Source of the DNA: Breznakia blatticola
Lineage (GTDB): Bacteria > Bacillota_I > Bacilli_A > Erysipelotrichales > Erysipelotrichaceae
Direction of reading: 5' to 3'
NCBI RefSeq assembly: GCF_004365815.1
Contig: NZ_SODD01000019.1
Coordinates: 1-32,000 of the forward strand
Length of the DNA stretch: 32,000 nt
The position numbers and the translations under genes are program-made. Numbering within the stretch: position 1 is the first letter of the stretch; every line of letters begins with the position of its first letter. The notes under the pieces are model-generated. The model was not told the DNA's origin. It saw only the letters and a program-made list of their open reading frames with translations, and did not search any database. Positions 24,401-32,000 of the stretch are shown piece after piece.

Positions 24401-26098
24401 CTACATACTTTCAGCAATTTTCTCTTTAACAAATGAGACAACTGTGTTTGAAGCAATTTCTTCTTTTTCTGTTGTACGTGTTTTGAATTCCACAATACCT
24501 TCACCAGCTTTTTTACCAACTGTGATACGTAAAGGAATTCCAATAAGTTCATTATCTTTGAATTTTACACCCACACGTTCATCGCGATCATCATACAGTA
24601 CTTCAACGCCTTGTGCTTGTAAGTCTTCATATAATGCATCAGCAAGTTTTACTTGTGCTTCATCTTTTACATTTACGATAATGATTTCCACTTGATATGG
24701 TGCGACACTCATTGGCCAAACAATTCCATTTTCATCATTGAACTGTTCAACGATTGCAGCCATACAACGTTGCACTCCAATACCATAACTTCCCATCACA
24801 ACAGGGTGTAATTTCTGTTCTTTATCAAGATAGTTGAAGTTCATGCTTTCTGCATATTTCGTACCTAATTTAAATGTATTCCCAACTTCAATACCTCGTG
24901 CAAAGTTCAATTTACCACCACATTTAGGACATACATCTCCTTCATGTACACTTACGATATCTGCTTGTTTATATACATCGAAATCTTTTACGTTTACATT
25001 TTTGTAGTGGTGATCAGTTTTGTTTGCACCTGTAATAAAGTTTTTCATATTAGCAACTTCATTATCCATTACAACTTTGATTTCTAGACCGATTGGACCA
25101 GCAAAACCAACTTTTGCATGAGTTGCTTGTTCCACCTCATCAAATGTAGCAAGTTCCATTTCATTAGCACCTAATAATTTAAGTACTTTTGTTTCGTTAA
25201 GTTCACGATCCCCTTTCATCAAGAAAGCGTAAAGTTCACCATCTACATTGTAGATTAATGTTTTCACAAAACTTGTTACTGGTTGATTAAAGAATGCAGC
25301 AACTTCTTCAATGGTTTTCGCATTTGGCGTTTCTACCATTTCATAAGCAAGTTCTACTTCATCACTTGGATTTCCTTGAATTACAACTGGTGTAATTTCT
25401 AAGTTACTTGCTAAATCACATGAGTCACAAAGAACTACAGTGTCTTCTCCAATTTCCGTGATGGCTTGGAATTCTTCACTTAAAAGTCCTCCCATTGCTC
25501 CTGTATCTGCTTGTACAATTTTATAATTTAAATGCATACGATCAAAAATATTACAGTATGCATCAAACATCTTTTGGTAAGATACATCTAGTCCAGCTAA
25601 ATCCACATCATATGAATATGCATCTTTCATTGTAAATTCACGCGTACGAATTAAACCATATCTAGGTCTAGTTTCATCACGGAATTTGTTTTGAATTTGG
25701 TATAGGTTGTATGGAAAATCTTTATAACTTGATCCATCCATCATCCCTGCCATGGCAAATAATTCTTCATGTGTTGGTCCTAAGACATAACGTTTATCAT
25801 TACGATCACGTAAAGCAAACATATTTGAACCAAATGCTTCACGACGTCCACTGTTTTCATATACTTCTTCTGGGATAACCGTAGGCATCGTTAATTCTTG
25901 TGCCCCAGCTTTATTCATTTCATCACGAATGATGTCTTCAATTTTACGAATTACGCGTTGACCCATGGGCATTGTCATGTAGAACCCTGCGCTACTTTTT
26001 TTAATCATCCCCGCACGGACAAGCAAATTTCCACTGCGGCTTTCTTCATCTTTACTATCCTCGCGGATCGTATAGAAGAAACTATTTTTTAGTCTCAT
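24401..26098 (-). CDS. proS: Proline--tRNA ligase, bacterial type with INS editing domain
   Basis: 565 aa. N-terminus MRLKNSFFYTIRED..., class II motifs (FRDE.RPRYGLIRTREFTMKDAYS), an inserted editing domain, and a C-terminal anticodon-binding domain. GGAGG SD. Confidence 0.95.
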   Translation of the reverse strand: MRLKNSFFYTIREDSKDEESRSGNLLVRAGMIKKSSAGFYMTMPMGQRVIRKIEDIIRDEMNKAGAQELTMPTVIPEEVYENSGRREAFGSNMFALRDRNDKRYVLGPTHEELFAMAGMMDGSSYKDFPYNLYQIQNKFRDETRPRYGLIRTREFTMKDAYSYDVDLAGLDVSYQKMFDAYCNIFDRMHLNYKIVQADTGAMGGLLSEEFQAITEIGEDTVVLCDSCDLASNLEITPVVIQGNPSDEVELAYEMVETPNAKTIEEVAAFFNQPVTSFVKTLIYNVDGELYAFLMKGDRELNETKVLKLLGANEMELATFDEVEQATHAKVGFAGPIGLEIKVVMDNEVANMKNFITGANKTDHHYKNVNVKDFDVYKQADIVSVHEGDVCPKCGGKLNFARGIEVGNTFKLGTKYAESMNFNYLDKEQKLHPVVMGSYGIGVQRCMAAIVEQFNDENGIVWPMSVAPYQVEIIIVNVKDEAQVKLADALYEDLQAQGVEVLYDDRDERVGVKFKDNELIGIPLRITVGKKAGEGIVEFKTRTTEKEEIASNTVVSFVKEKIAESM

Positions 26099-26110
26099 AA
26101 CAATTACCTC

Positions 26111-27334
26111 CTAATATACTTTTTCTCGCTTTGTCATAACTTTTCTTATCATATCATGTTTTTGCAGTTTTATATCTACTTTTGTGTATAAAACTTGCAT
26201 TGGATTTCGTGCAACATCCACGATTTCTCCATCTTCATCATACAATGTATCAACTTTAAAATTAGTGTTATCTAAACTTGGTCCAAAAGCTTCTGCTTCA
26301 TCACCAATCTTAAAATTATTACGTACTTCTAATTTTGCCATCTGCGTCTCTTGATCATAGTCAAGAACATATGCAATAAACTCTTGTGATACTCCAGCAC
26401 CATTGACCCCATATAGATGGTCTTCCATCTTCGGTAAGCCTGCGTAAAATCCAGGTCCTGTTAAACGATTTTCTGCTTTGGCCAGTTCACGAACCACCCA
26501 ATCAAAATCAGCATCTGTTAGTTGTCCAGTTTCTTGGTAAGTATCAATAAGTTTGCGATAACTACGTACCACAGTAGCTAAATAATATGGACTTTTCATT
26601 CGTCCTTCAATTTTAAAACTTGCAACACCTGCATCAATTAATTCCGGTAAAAAACGCATCGCATTCAAGTCTTTACTACTCATTGAGAATAGATGATCTT
26701 CTTTATAAATTGGAACATCTTTATCATAGAGTTTATATTTCCAACGACAGCTTTGTGCACATCCTCCTCGATTTGCATCACGTAGTGTCATCGAATTTGA
26801 CATCGTACATCTACCCGAATAGGAAATACACATTCCACCGTGAATAAATACTTCTACAGGAAGTTTTGCATGTTGCATCGTTGCTTTAACATCATCTAGT
26901 GTACACTCTCTAGCAAGTACGACACGATTCATTCCTTGTTTTTCATAGAAATCAATAACACCACTATTGGTACTTGAGTGCTGTGTACTTACATGTACTT
27001 CCAAATTTGGTGCGACTTGCTTTGCTAGTTTCATGATATGAAAACTAGCTACAATAATGGCATCCACGCCTACCCGTTCTAGATCTTTTAAGTAGGCTTC
27101 TAGTCCTTCTAGATCTTCTTCGTGTGGCAACATATTTACCGTTACATGGACATGTGCACCATGTGCGTGAGCAAACTGTACACCTTCTGCAATATCTTCA
27201 ATATCAAAATTACTTGCTCGTGAGCGTAATGAAAACTTCTTACCACCTAAATAGACAGCATTTGCCCCATAACGAACGGCAACCTTCAGTCTGGCTAAAT
27301 CACCAGCTGGTGCTAATAATTCAACCTTTCTCAT
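26111..27334 (-). CDS. Peptidase U32 family protein (YrrO/TrhP2-like)
   Basis: 407 aa. MRKVELLAPAGDLARLKVAVRYGANAVYLGG and the Cys cluster GGMCISYSGRC...GGCAQSCR are typical of U32 proteins. ATGA overlap with the upstream U32 gene. Confidence 0.85.
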   Translation of the reverse strand: MRKVELLAPAGDLARLKVAVRYGANAVYLGGKKFSLRSRASNFDIEDIAEGVQFAHAHGAHVHVTVNMLPHEEDLEGLEAYLKDLERVGVDAIIVASFHIMKLAKQVAPNLEVHVSTQHSSTNSGVIDFYEKQGMNRVVLARECTLDDVKATMQHAKLPVEVFIHGGMCISYSGRCTMSNSMTLRDANRGGCAQSCRWKYKLYDKDVPIYKEDHLFSMSSKDLNAMRFLPELIDAGVASFKIEGRMKSPYYLATVVRSYRKLIDTYQETGQLTDADFDWVVRELAKAENRLTGPGFYAGLPKMEDHLYGVNGAGVSQEFIAYVLDYDQETQMAKLEVRNNFKIGDEAEAFGPSLDNTNFKVDTLYDEDGEIVDVARNPMQVLYTKVDIKLQKHDMIRKVMTKREKVY

Positions 27335-28227
27335 TTTTTTGCTCCTGTCTTTGTATATAAAAATCCTTTGGTAATATTACGATCTTTTTGATTTCTTTCG
27401 TACTCTTGATAAAGTGCACGACCACTTTCAGGATGTTCTAATACATAGCGATAGTCTTTAATGATTCGACAAAGTTCTTCTATTGTATAAAACATACTTT
27501 CAATTCGAAAATCATGCACGCCTGCACCAACAAAATCTTCCATTTCTTCGAAACTAGCAAGTGTAAATCCAGTGTACATATGTGTACCACTAACATCTTC
27601 AAAGATCGGCATATGATCATCACGTTTTTCTTCAATCAAATACAAGTCTTTATTTTCATATACTTTATGTTCACTATCAATAAACTTCATATAGTTTGTA
27701 AGCAATGTCCGTTTTGAGTGCATCATACTCAGTCTTCCATGTATGATAACTTCAACACGACCTTGTACTTTAGAAGCAATAGATACAATATCTTCTAGTG
27801 TAATTTCACTAGCAAGTGTACACATTTGTAAGCCAAGATTTAAATACTCTTGTACATCCAAATGGTTGGTTAGTAATGTATCAGGATTATATATTAATAA
27901 ATCTGTCATATCCAGTTTACTTGCTTGTGTATATACAGCTAAATCTGTAAAGTAAATACCATCAACATCTACTTCTTTAATAAAAGCAAGTTCTTCAAGT
28001 AATCTATCCAAATCACATTCCATAAAGAATGCATTCACATTCACATAGAGATTCATTCCTAATGCTTTGGTTAGTCTTCTAACTTCCTGCAATTCATCAT
28101 GACTTACATATATGGTTGAGGCAAAAGGAAAAGCATCAATTCCAACAAGAATTGATGTCGCTCCTGCTTCATTTAATTTTTTAATATCCGCCAATATATA
28201 AGGCGAAACAATAATATTTTCTTTCAT
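27331..28227 (-). CDS. Peptidase U32 family protein (YrrN/TrhP1-like)
   Basis: 298 aa. U32-type TIM-barrel pattern (GATSILVG..., EVIIHGRLSMMHSKR). Size and gene order match the B. subtilis yrrN-yrrO pair. Confidence 0.75.
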   Translation of the reverse strand: MKENIIVSPYILADIKKLNEAGATSILVGIDAFPFASTIYVSHDELQEVRRLTKALGMNLYVNVNAFFMECDLDRLLEELAFIKEVDVDGIYFTDLAVYTQASKLDMTDLLIYNPDTLLTNHLDVQEYLNLGLQMCTLASEITLEDIVSIASKVQGRVEVIIHGRLSMMHSKRTLLTNYMKFIDSEHKVYENKDLYLIEEKRDDHMPIFEDVSGTHMYTGFTLASFEEMEDFVGAGVHDFRIESMFYTIEELCRIIKDYRYVLEHPESGRALYQEYERNQKDRNITKGFLYTKTGAKK

Positions 28228-28313
28228 ATTTGCTATACTATTATACTACAATCTATCTGTCAATTTTTAGGTTTTATAAAACTTTATTCTCTAAATCAAC
28301 AAATACGCTCAAT

Positions 28314-28580
28314 TTACTTAATAGTTGCTTCTGTATATGCTTTCCTAACTGCTTTAGCAAGTTGATCTGTACAAGATGTTTGACGAATCCCACATAGATT
28401 TCCAAGTAATTTTTCTTCAATTAATTCAACGCTTGCTCCATCTAATAATTTTGAAATAGCTTGTAAATTCCCATTACAACCACCTTCAAATTCAATATTA
28501 CTTATAGTATTCCCATCTAAATCAAAACTTATTTTCTGTGAACACGTATTTCGTGTCTTATATTCATAATGCATGTTCAA
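28314..28580 (-). CDS. TSCPD domain protein, TIGR03905-type 4-Cys family
   Basis: 88 aa. CSQKISFDLDG...IEFEGGCNGNLQAISKLLDG...CGIRQTSCTDQLAKAV matches the family pattern. Confidence 0.8.
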   Translation of the reverse strand: MNMHYEYKTRNTCSQKISFDLDGNTISNIEFEGGCNGNLQAISKLLDGASVELIEEKLLGNLCGIRQTSCTDQLAKAVRKAYTEATIK

Positions 28581-28663
28581 ACCTCACCTCTAATTCTTAC
28601 TGATAATAATTTACTATATTTTTCGTTTTTTTTATATCAAAAATGAAGTTTTATTCTACATTT

Positions 28664-28691
28664 ATTGTATAATTTCATATTTCGTTTTCAA
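28664..28691 (-). promoter_or_regulatory. Candidate sigma-A promoter for the TSCPD/U32/proS transcription unit
   Basis: TTGAAA (28691-28686), 16 nt, TACAAT (28669-28664) on the minus strand, about 80 nt upstream of the start. Confidence 0.3.
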
Positions 28692-28807
28692 TTTACCTTT
28701 TACCTTATGCTCTTATCTATGAGTGCATGTAATTTACACACTATGATTTATCACATAAAAACAGTCAAAGAACTACATGTGATTGAAAACAACGAATTCT
28801 ACGAATA

Positions 28808-28836
28808 TTGAGAATTAAGAATTTCCATGGTATAAT
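28808..28836 (+). promoter_or_regulatory. Near-consensus sigma-A promoter with an extended -10
   Basis: TTGAGA (28808-28813), 17 nt, TGgTATAAT (28828-28836). It predicts a leader of about 210 nt before the 29056 start codon. Confidence 0.5.
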
Positions 28837-28849
28837 TACATCAAAATTA

Positions 28850-28882
28850 TTGATAATAAAAAAAGTATTTTTTTATTATCAA
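28850..28882. repeat. Perfect 15-bp inverted repeat made only of A/T
   Basis: TTGATAATAAAAAAA-gta-TTTTTTTATTATCAA, lying immediately downstream of the predicted transcription start. Confidence 0.9.
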
Positions 28883-29055
28883 AGAATTATAAATAGCGTT
28901 CATGAGCAATACCAGATTTACTTTATATTCATTGGTTTCACCACTGTGCGATATAAATCGCAAAGGTAGTATATGTATAGAAAATCATATACTTGAATTT
29001 CGATCTTTACAGTTTATTAAACTGAATAGATAAAAGACGGATAAGAGGAGGATTT

Positions 29056-29958
29056 ATGAAAAAATTATTTACCGTTTGCTTATTGATTGGAATTGTTTTA
29101 ACTGGTTGTTCAAATAATACGGACAAACAAAAGGATGGGAGTGAAAAACCGGATCCAAACACTCTTGTTGTTGCTACATTTAATATTGACGCGAAAGCTC
29201 AACCTGATGTTCAAGCACAAAGAAAGCTGTTAGAGGATAACAACGTAGATATCTTTGGAATTCAAGAAGTTGATAATAAAACCATTAGAAATTCATATGA
29301 TGTTGCAGAGAAATTCAAAAATGACGTATACACAGATGTATTCTATAGCAATGCAATTGAGTTTCAAGGCGGAGAATATGGAATCGCTACTGTTTCAAAA
29401 CACCCATTCACTTCATCAGATACCATGGAATTATTTAGTGGACTATTCAAGGGTGAAGAACTTTTAGCTGAACTAAAAGAAGCATATAAAAACTTTGATC
29501 CAGAAATCAAAGAAACAGCAGATGCACTAGATGCAGTTGATGCAAAAGGACCGATTGAACCAAGAGTACTTCAAAGATCAGTAATTAGTGTAAACGGAAA
29601 AGATGTTGCTTTCTACAATACACACCTAAGTTGGGAAGATATCGAACTTAGAAAACAGCAACTAGAGTTTATCGCTAAAACACTTGATGAAGACAAATGC
29701 GAGTATAAAATTGTCGTTGGTGATTTTAATGTTGACCAAAATACAAGAGAATTAGATCTATTTAAAGATAATTACAAGCTATCAAATGGAAAAGATGGTA
29801 TTTGGCATGATACATATACTGGAGTAGACGAATCTATGAACTTGTATCATATCGATAATGTTATTGTATCTAAGAACATCAAAATTAAATCCGTAAAAAT
29901 GGTTGATACAGATTTATCTGATCACAATCCATTAGTTGTTGAATTGGAATTAAACTAA
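29056..29958 (+). CDS. Endonuclease/exonuclease/phosphatase (EEP) family lipoprotein
   Basis: 300 aa. Lipobox LTGCS. EEP motifs VVATFNI, DIFGIQEV, VVGDFN, SDHNPLVVELEL. GAGGAGG SD. Confidence 0.85.
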   Translation: MKKLFTVCLLIGIVLTGCSNNTDKQKDGSEKPDPNTLVVATFNIDAKAQPDVQAQRKLLEDNNVDIFGIQEVDNKTIRNSYDVAEKFKNDVYTDVFYSNAIEFQGGEYGIATVSKHPFTSSDTMELFSGLFKGEELLAELKEAYKNFDPEIKETADALDAVDAKGPIEPRVLQRSVISVNGKDVAFYNTHLSWEDIELRKQQLEFIAKTLDEDKCEYKIVVGDFNVDQNTRELDLFKDNYKLSNGKDGIWHDTYTGVDESMNLYHIDNVIVSKNIKIKSVKMVDTDLSDHNPLVVELELN

Positions 29959-30010
29959 GACAATTAAGTAGTTTAGTTAATAATGAATTATAACAGCATA
30001 AGATAATTTA

Positions 30011-30049
30011 CAATCGAAGAAGTAGCAAATTCATATATGTGATTTTGCT
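30011..30049 (+). terminator. Intrinsic terminator of the EEP gene
   Basis: AGTAGCAAA-(14 nt)-TTTGCTACT followed by T6. Confidence 0.7.
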
Positions 30050-30065
30050 ACTTTTTTTACACAAA

Positions 30066-30103
30066 ATTAAAAAGATGAACCGTCAATTTCAGGTTCATCT
30101 TTT
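30066..30103 (-). terminator. Intrinsic terminator of hydA
   Basis: 12-bp stem AAAAGATGAACC / GGTTCATCTTTT with a 10-nt loop. The minus-strand trailing sequence is U-rich. Confidence 0.65.
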
Positions 30104-30107
30104 CATT

Positions 30108-31844
30108 CTATAATTTTTCGCGTTTCACGTATGTTGTATGTAACAATTCGTGTGCTTTACCATGTCCTGGTTTACCAAGGAATTCATCGTAAATTCTTGT
30201 AATTGTTGGCGTTTCGTGAGATACACGGTATTTGTCAGAATCATCAATTTTGTATAGAACTTTTGCACGTTCTGTACGAACATCAATGTTGTTTCTAACT
30301 TTGTCGCGTGGAATGATTTGCCCTCCACCGTTAACACATCCTCCTGGACATGCCATAACTTCGATCATGTGGAATTCTTCTTTTCCTTCTTCGATTTCTT
30401 TCATTAACTTTCTTGCGTTAGCTAATCCAGAAACTACTGCAACTTTAACTTCTAAGTTACCCATTTTGTAAGTAGCTTTTTTGATACCTTTTGTACCACG
30501 AACTTCATCGATTTCAACTTTATCAAATGTTGGATCAATGATACGTCCAGCTGTACGAAGTGCAGCTTCCATAACTCCACCACTTGCTCCGAAGATTGTT
30601 CCTGCTCCAGAACCACATTCGAATGGATTATCGAAGTCTTCACCATCTAATTTTTCAAATTGGATAGCTCCTTCTTTAATCATGTGTGCAAGTTCACGAG
30701 TTGTTAATGCTACATCAACATCTTGGTCATCGTGCCAGTGTTGTTCTCCACGTTTTGCTTCGAATTTCTTAGCTGTACATGGAATTACTGATACTACGAA
30801 TAGATCTTTTGGATCGATATTTTCTTGTTCACAGTAGTAAGATTTCAACAATGCACCAAACATTTGTTGAGGACTCTTACATGTACTTAAGTTAGGTAAC
30901 ATCTCTGGGTAATTGTGCTCAGCAAATTTTACCCATCCTGGACAACATGAAGTAAACATTGGTAATACACCACCGTTACTTACACGGTCAACAAGTTCGT
31001 TAGCTTCTTCAACGATTGTTAAGTCAGCTGTAACATCCATGTTAAATACTGCATCAAATCCTAAACGACGGCTAGCAGCGATCATTTGGCTTTCAGCGTT
31101 TGTTCCAATTGGCATACCGAATGCTTCACCAATTTGTGCACGAACACTTGGTGCTGTAAACATTACAACACGTTTGTTAGGGTCACTAATTGCATCCCAA
31201 ACTTGTTTTTCGTGGTTTTTCTCAGAAAGTGCTCCAACTGGACAAGCAACGATACATTGCCCACATCCAACACAAGGAGAGTTTTCTAAGTTACGTTCAA
31301 ATGCACATCCGATGTGTGTATTGTGACCACGGTCAATTGCACCAATCGCATTAACTGCTTGCATTTGCACACAAGCACTTACACAACGACGACATAAGAT
31401 ACATTTGTTGTTGTCACGCACTACATATTCACTTGAGTTGTCGATTTCATAACGAATTCCACTGTTTGGATATTTGTCTTCTTCAACTCCGTATTCTCTT
31501 GATAATTCTTGTAATTCACAGTTTGTGCTACGAACACAAGATAAACATTTTTTGTTGTGATCAGAAAGTAATAACTCTAAGTTACCTTTTCTTGCATCAC
31601 GTACATTTTTTGTATTTGTAAAAACTTCCATTCCTTCTTCAGCTGGTAATACACAAGAAGCCGTTAAACCTTTACGACCTTTGATTTCTACCACACAAAT
31701 ACGACATGAAGCAATCGCACTTACTTCACGTAAGTAACATAATGAAGGAATTTCTACACCTGCTAATTTAGCAGCGCTCATAACGGTAGTTCCTTTAGGA
31801 ACAGTTACATCTATACCGTTAACTTTTAAATTAATATCGCTCAT
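30108..31844 (-). CDS. hydA: [FeFe]-hydrogenase catalytic subunit (multi-cluster, group A, HydA of a HydABC-type enzyme)
   Basis: N-terminal 2Fe-2S ferredoxin fold; His-ligated cluster (HNKKCLSCVRSTNCELQ); two 4Fe-4S motifs (CILCRRCVSAC, CVGCGQCIVACP); H-cluster motifs TSCCPGW, PCTAKKFE, MACPGGCVNGGGQ. I moved the start to the second ATG (MSDINL), because GGAGG is correctly spaced for that codon. Confidence 0.92.
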   Translation of the reverse strand: MSDINLKVNGIDVTVPKGTTVMSAAKLAGVEIPSLCYLREVSAIASCRICVVEIKGRKGLTASCVLPAEEGMEVFTNTKNVRDARKGNLELLLSDHNKKCLSCVRSTNCELQELSREYGVEEDKYPNSGIRYEIDNSSEYVVRDNNKCILCRRCVSACVQMQAVNAIGAIDRGHNTHIGCAFERNLENSPCVGCGQCIVACPVGALSEKNHEKQVWDAISDPNKRVVMFTAPSVRAQIGEAFGMPIGTNAESQMIAASRRLGFDAVFNMDVTADLTIVEEANELVDRVSNGGVLPMFTSCCPGWVKFAEHNYPEMLPNLSTCKSPQQMFGALLKSYYCEQENIDPKDLFVVSVIPCTAKKFEAKRGEQHWHDDQDVDVALTTRELAHMIKEGAIQFEKLDGEDFDNPFECGSGAGTIFGASGGVMEAALRTAGRIIDPTFDKVEIDEVRGTKGIKKATYKMGNLEVKVAVVSGLANARKLMKEIEEGKEEFHMIEVMACPGGCVNGGGQIIPRDKVRNNIDVRTERAKVLYKIDDSDKYRVSHETPTITRIYDEFLGKPGHGKAHELLHTTYVKREKL

Positions 31845-31858
31845 ATTTACCTCCTTCA

Positions 31859-32000
31859 TTACCCTCTCACTACTGCACTAAACTTACATGCATCCATACA
31901 TGCACCACACTTGATACATTTGCTTTGGTCGATGACGTGAGGTTTTTTCACTTCACCTGAGATACAACTTACTGGACACTTACGTGCACAAGCTGTACAT
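31859..32000 (-). CDS. 3' end of a NuoF/HydB-like flavoprotein subunit (partial, continues beyond the window)
   Basis: Minus-strand translation ...CTACARKCPVSCISGEVKKPHVIDQSKCIKCGACMDACKFSAVVRG* gives two ferredoxin-type Cys clusters, typical of the C-terminus of hydrogenase beta subunits. The stop lies 14 nt upstream of the hydA start. Confidence 0.6.
   Translation of the reverse strand, partial: CTACARKCPVSCISGEVKKPHVIDQSKCIKCGACMDACKFSAVVRG

Noticed and set aside
26099-26110. I looked for a T-box leader or attenuator upstream of proS.
   Set aside because: Only 12 nt separate proS from the preceding U32 gene, which leaves no room for a T-box of about 200 nt.
28726-28736. Short palindrome TGTAA-T-TTACA in the TSCPD upstream region, considered as a possible Rex, CRP/FNR-type or NrdR operator.
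   Set aside because: The arms are only 5 bp and the sequence does not fit the Rex (TTGTGAAnnnnTTCACAA) or FNR (TTGATnnnnATCAA) consensus. It is within chance expectation for AT-rich DNA.
28902-29033. 43-codon ORF (MSNTRFTLYSLVSPLCDINRKG...) inside the long leader upstream of the EEP gene.
   Set aside because: There is no Shine-Dalgarno sequence upstream and no recognisable peptide features. The region is better explained as a non-coding leader, so it is kept only as part of the leader finding.

Overview
Chromosomal segment from a low-GC Gram-positive anaerobe (Bacillota; the gene content suggests a gut Erysipelotrichia- or Clostridia-like organism, but taxonomy cannot be settled from the sequence alone). 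I support 21 protein-coding genes, 15 of them on the minus strand. I found no rRNA, tRNA, CRISPR array, transposase or integrase. All calls rest on reading the supplied translations for family signatures; no database search was run. Right third (24.4-32 kb), housekeeping: proS; a translationally coupled pair of U32 peptidase-family genes (YrrN/YrrO-like); a TSCPD 4-Cys protein; an EEP-family lipoprotein; a [FeFe]-hydrogenase HydA; and the 3' end of a NuoF/HydB-like gene. Left third: a BI-1/YccA membrane protein, a C39-like peptidase lipoprotein, an LtaS-like transferase, ybaK, an AT-rich class II Fic gene, and a divergent PEPCK-family protein whose P-loop resembles that of HPr kinase. Centre, where the most unusual content lies: (i) a compact cassette (7640-10229) of an internally duplicated DUF1576-like permease, a wHTH-fused LicC-type nucleotidyltransferase and a translationally coupled 117-aa orphan, followed by an AT3 acyltransferase. 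(ii) Two adjacent giant secreted enzymes of 1487 and 2315 aa. Their catalytic heads are unrelated: 2x LamG + metallophosphoesterase + CBM32 in one, GH31 + FN3 + 3x CBM32-like + dockerin-like + cohesin-like + Big_2 in the other. Both heads sit on the same collinear six-module alpha-helical stalk, and both proteins end in the same non-LPXTG tripartite C-terminal sorting signal (VNSGDTTD-x-T-x-LYGLL...hydrophobic...RKY). No sortase-like gene is present in the window.
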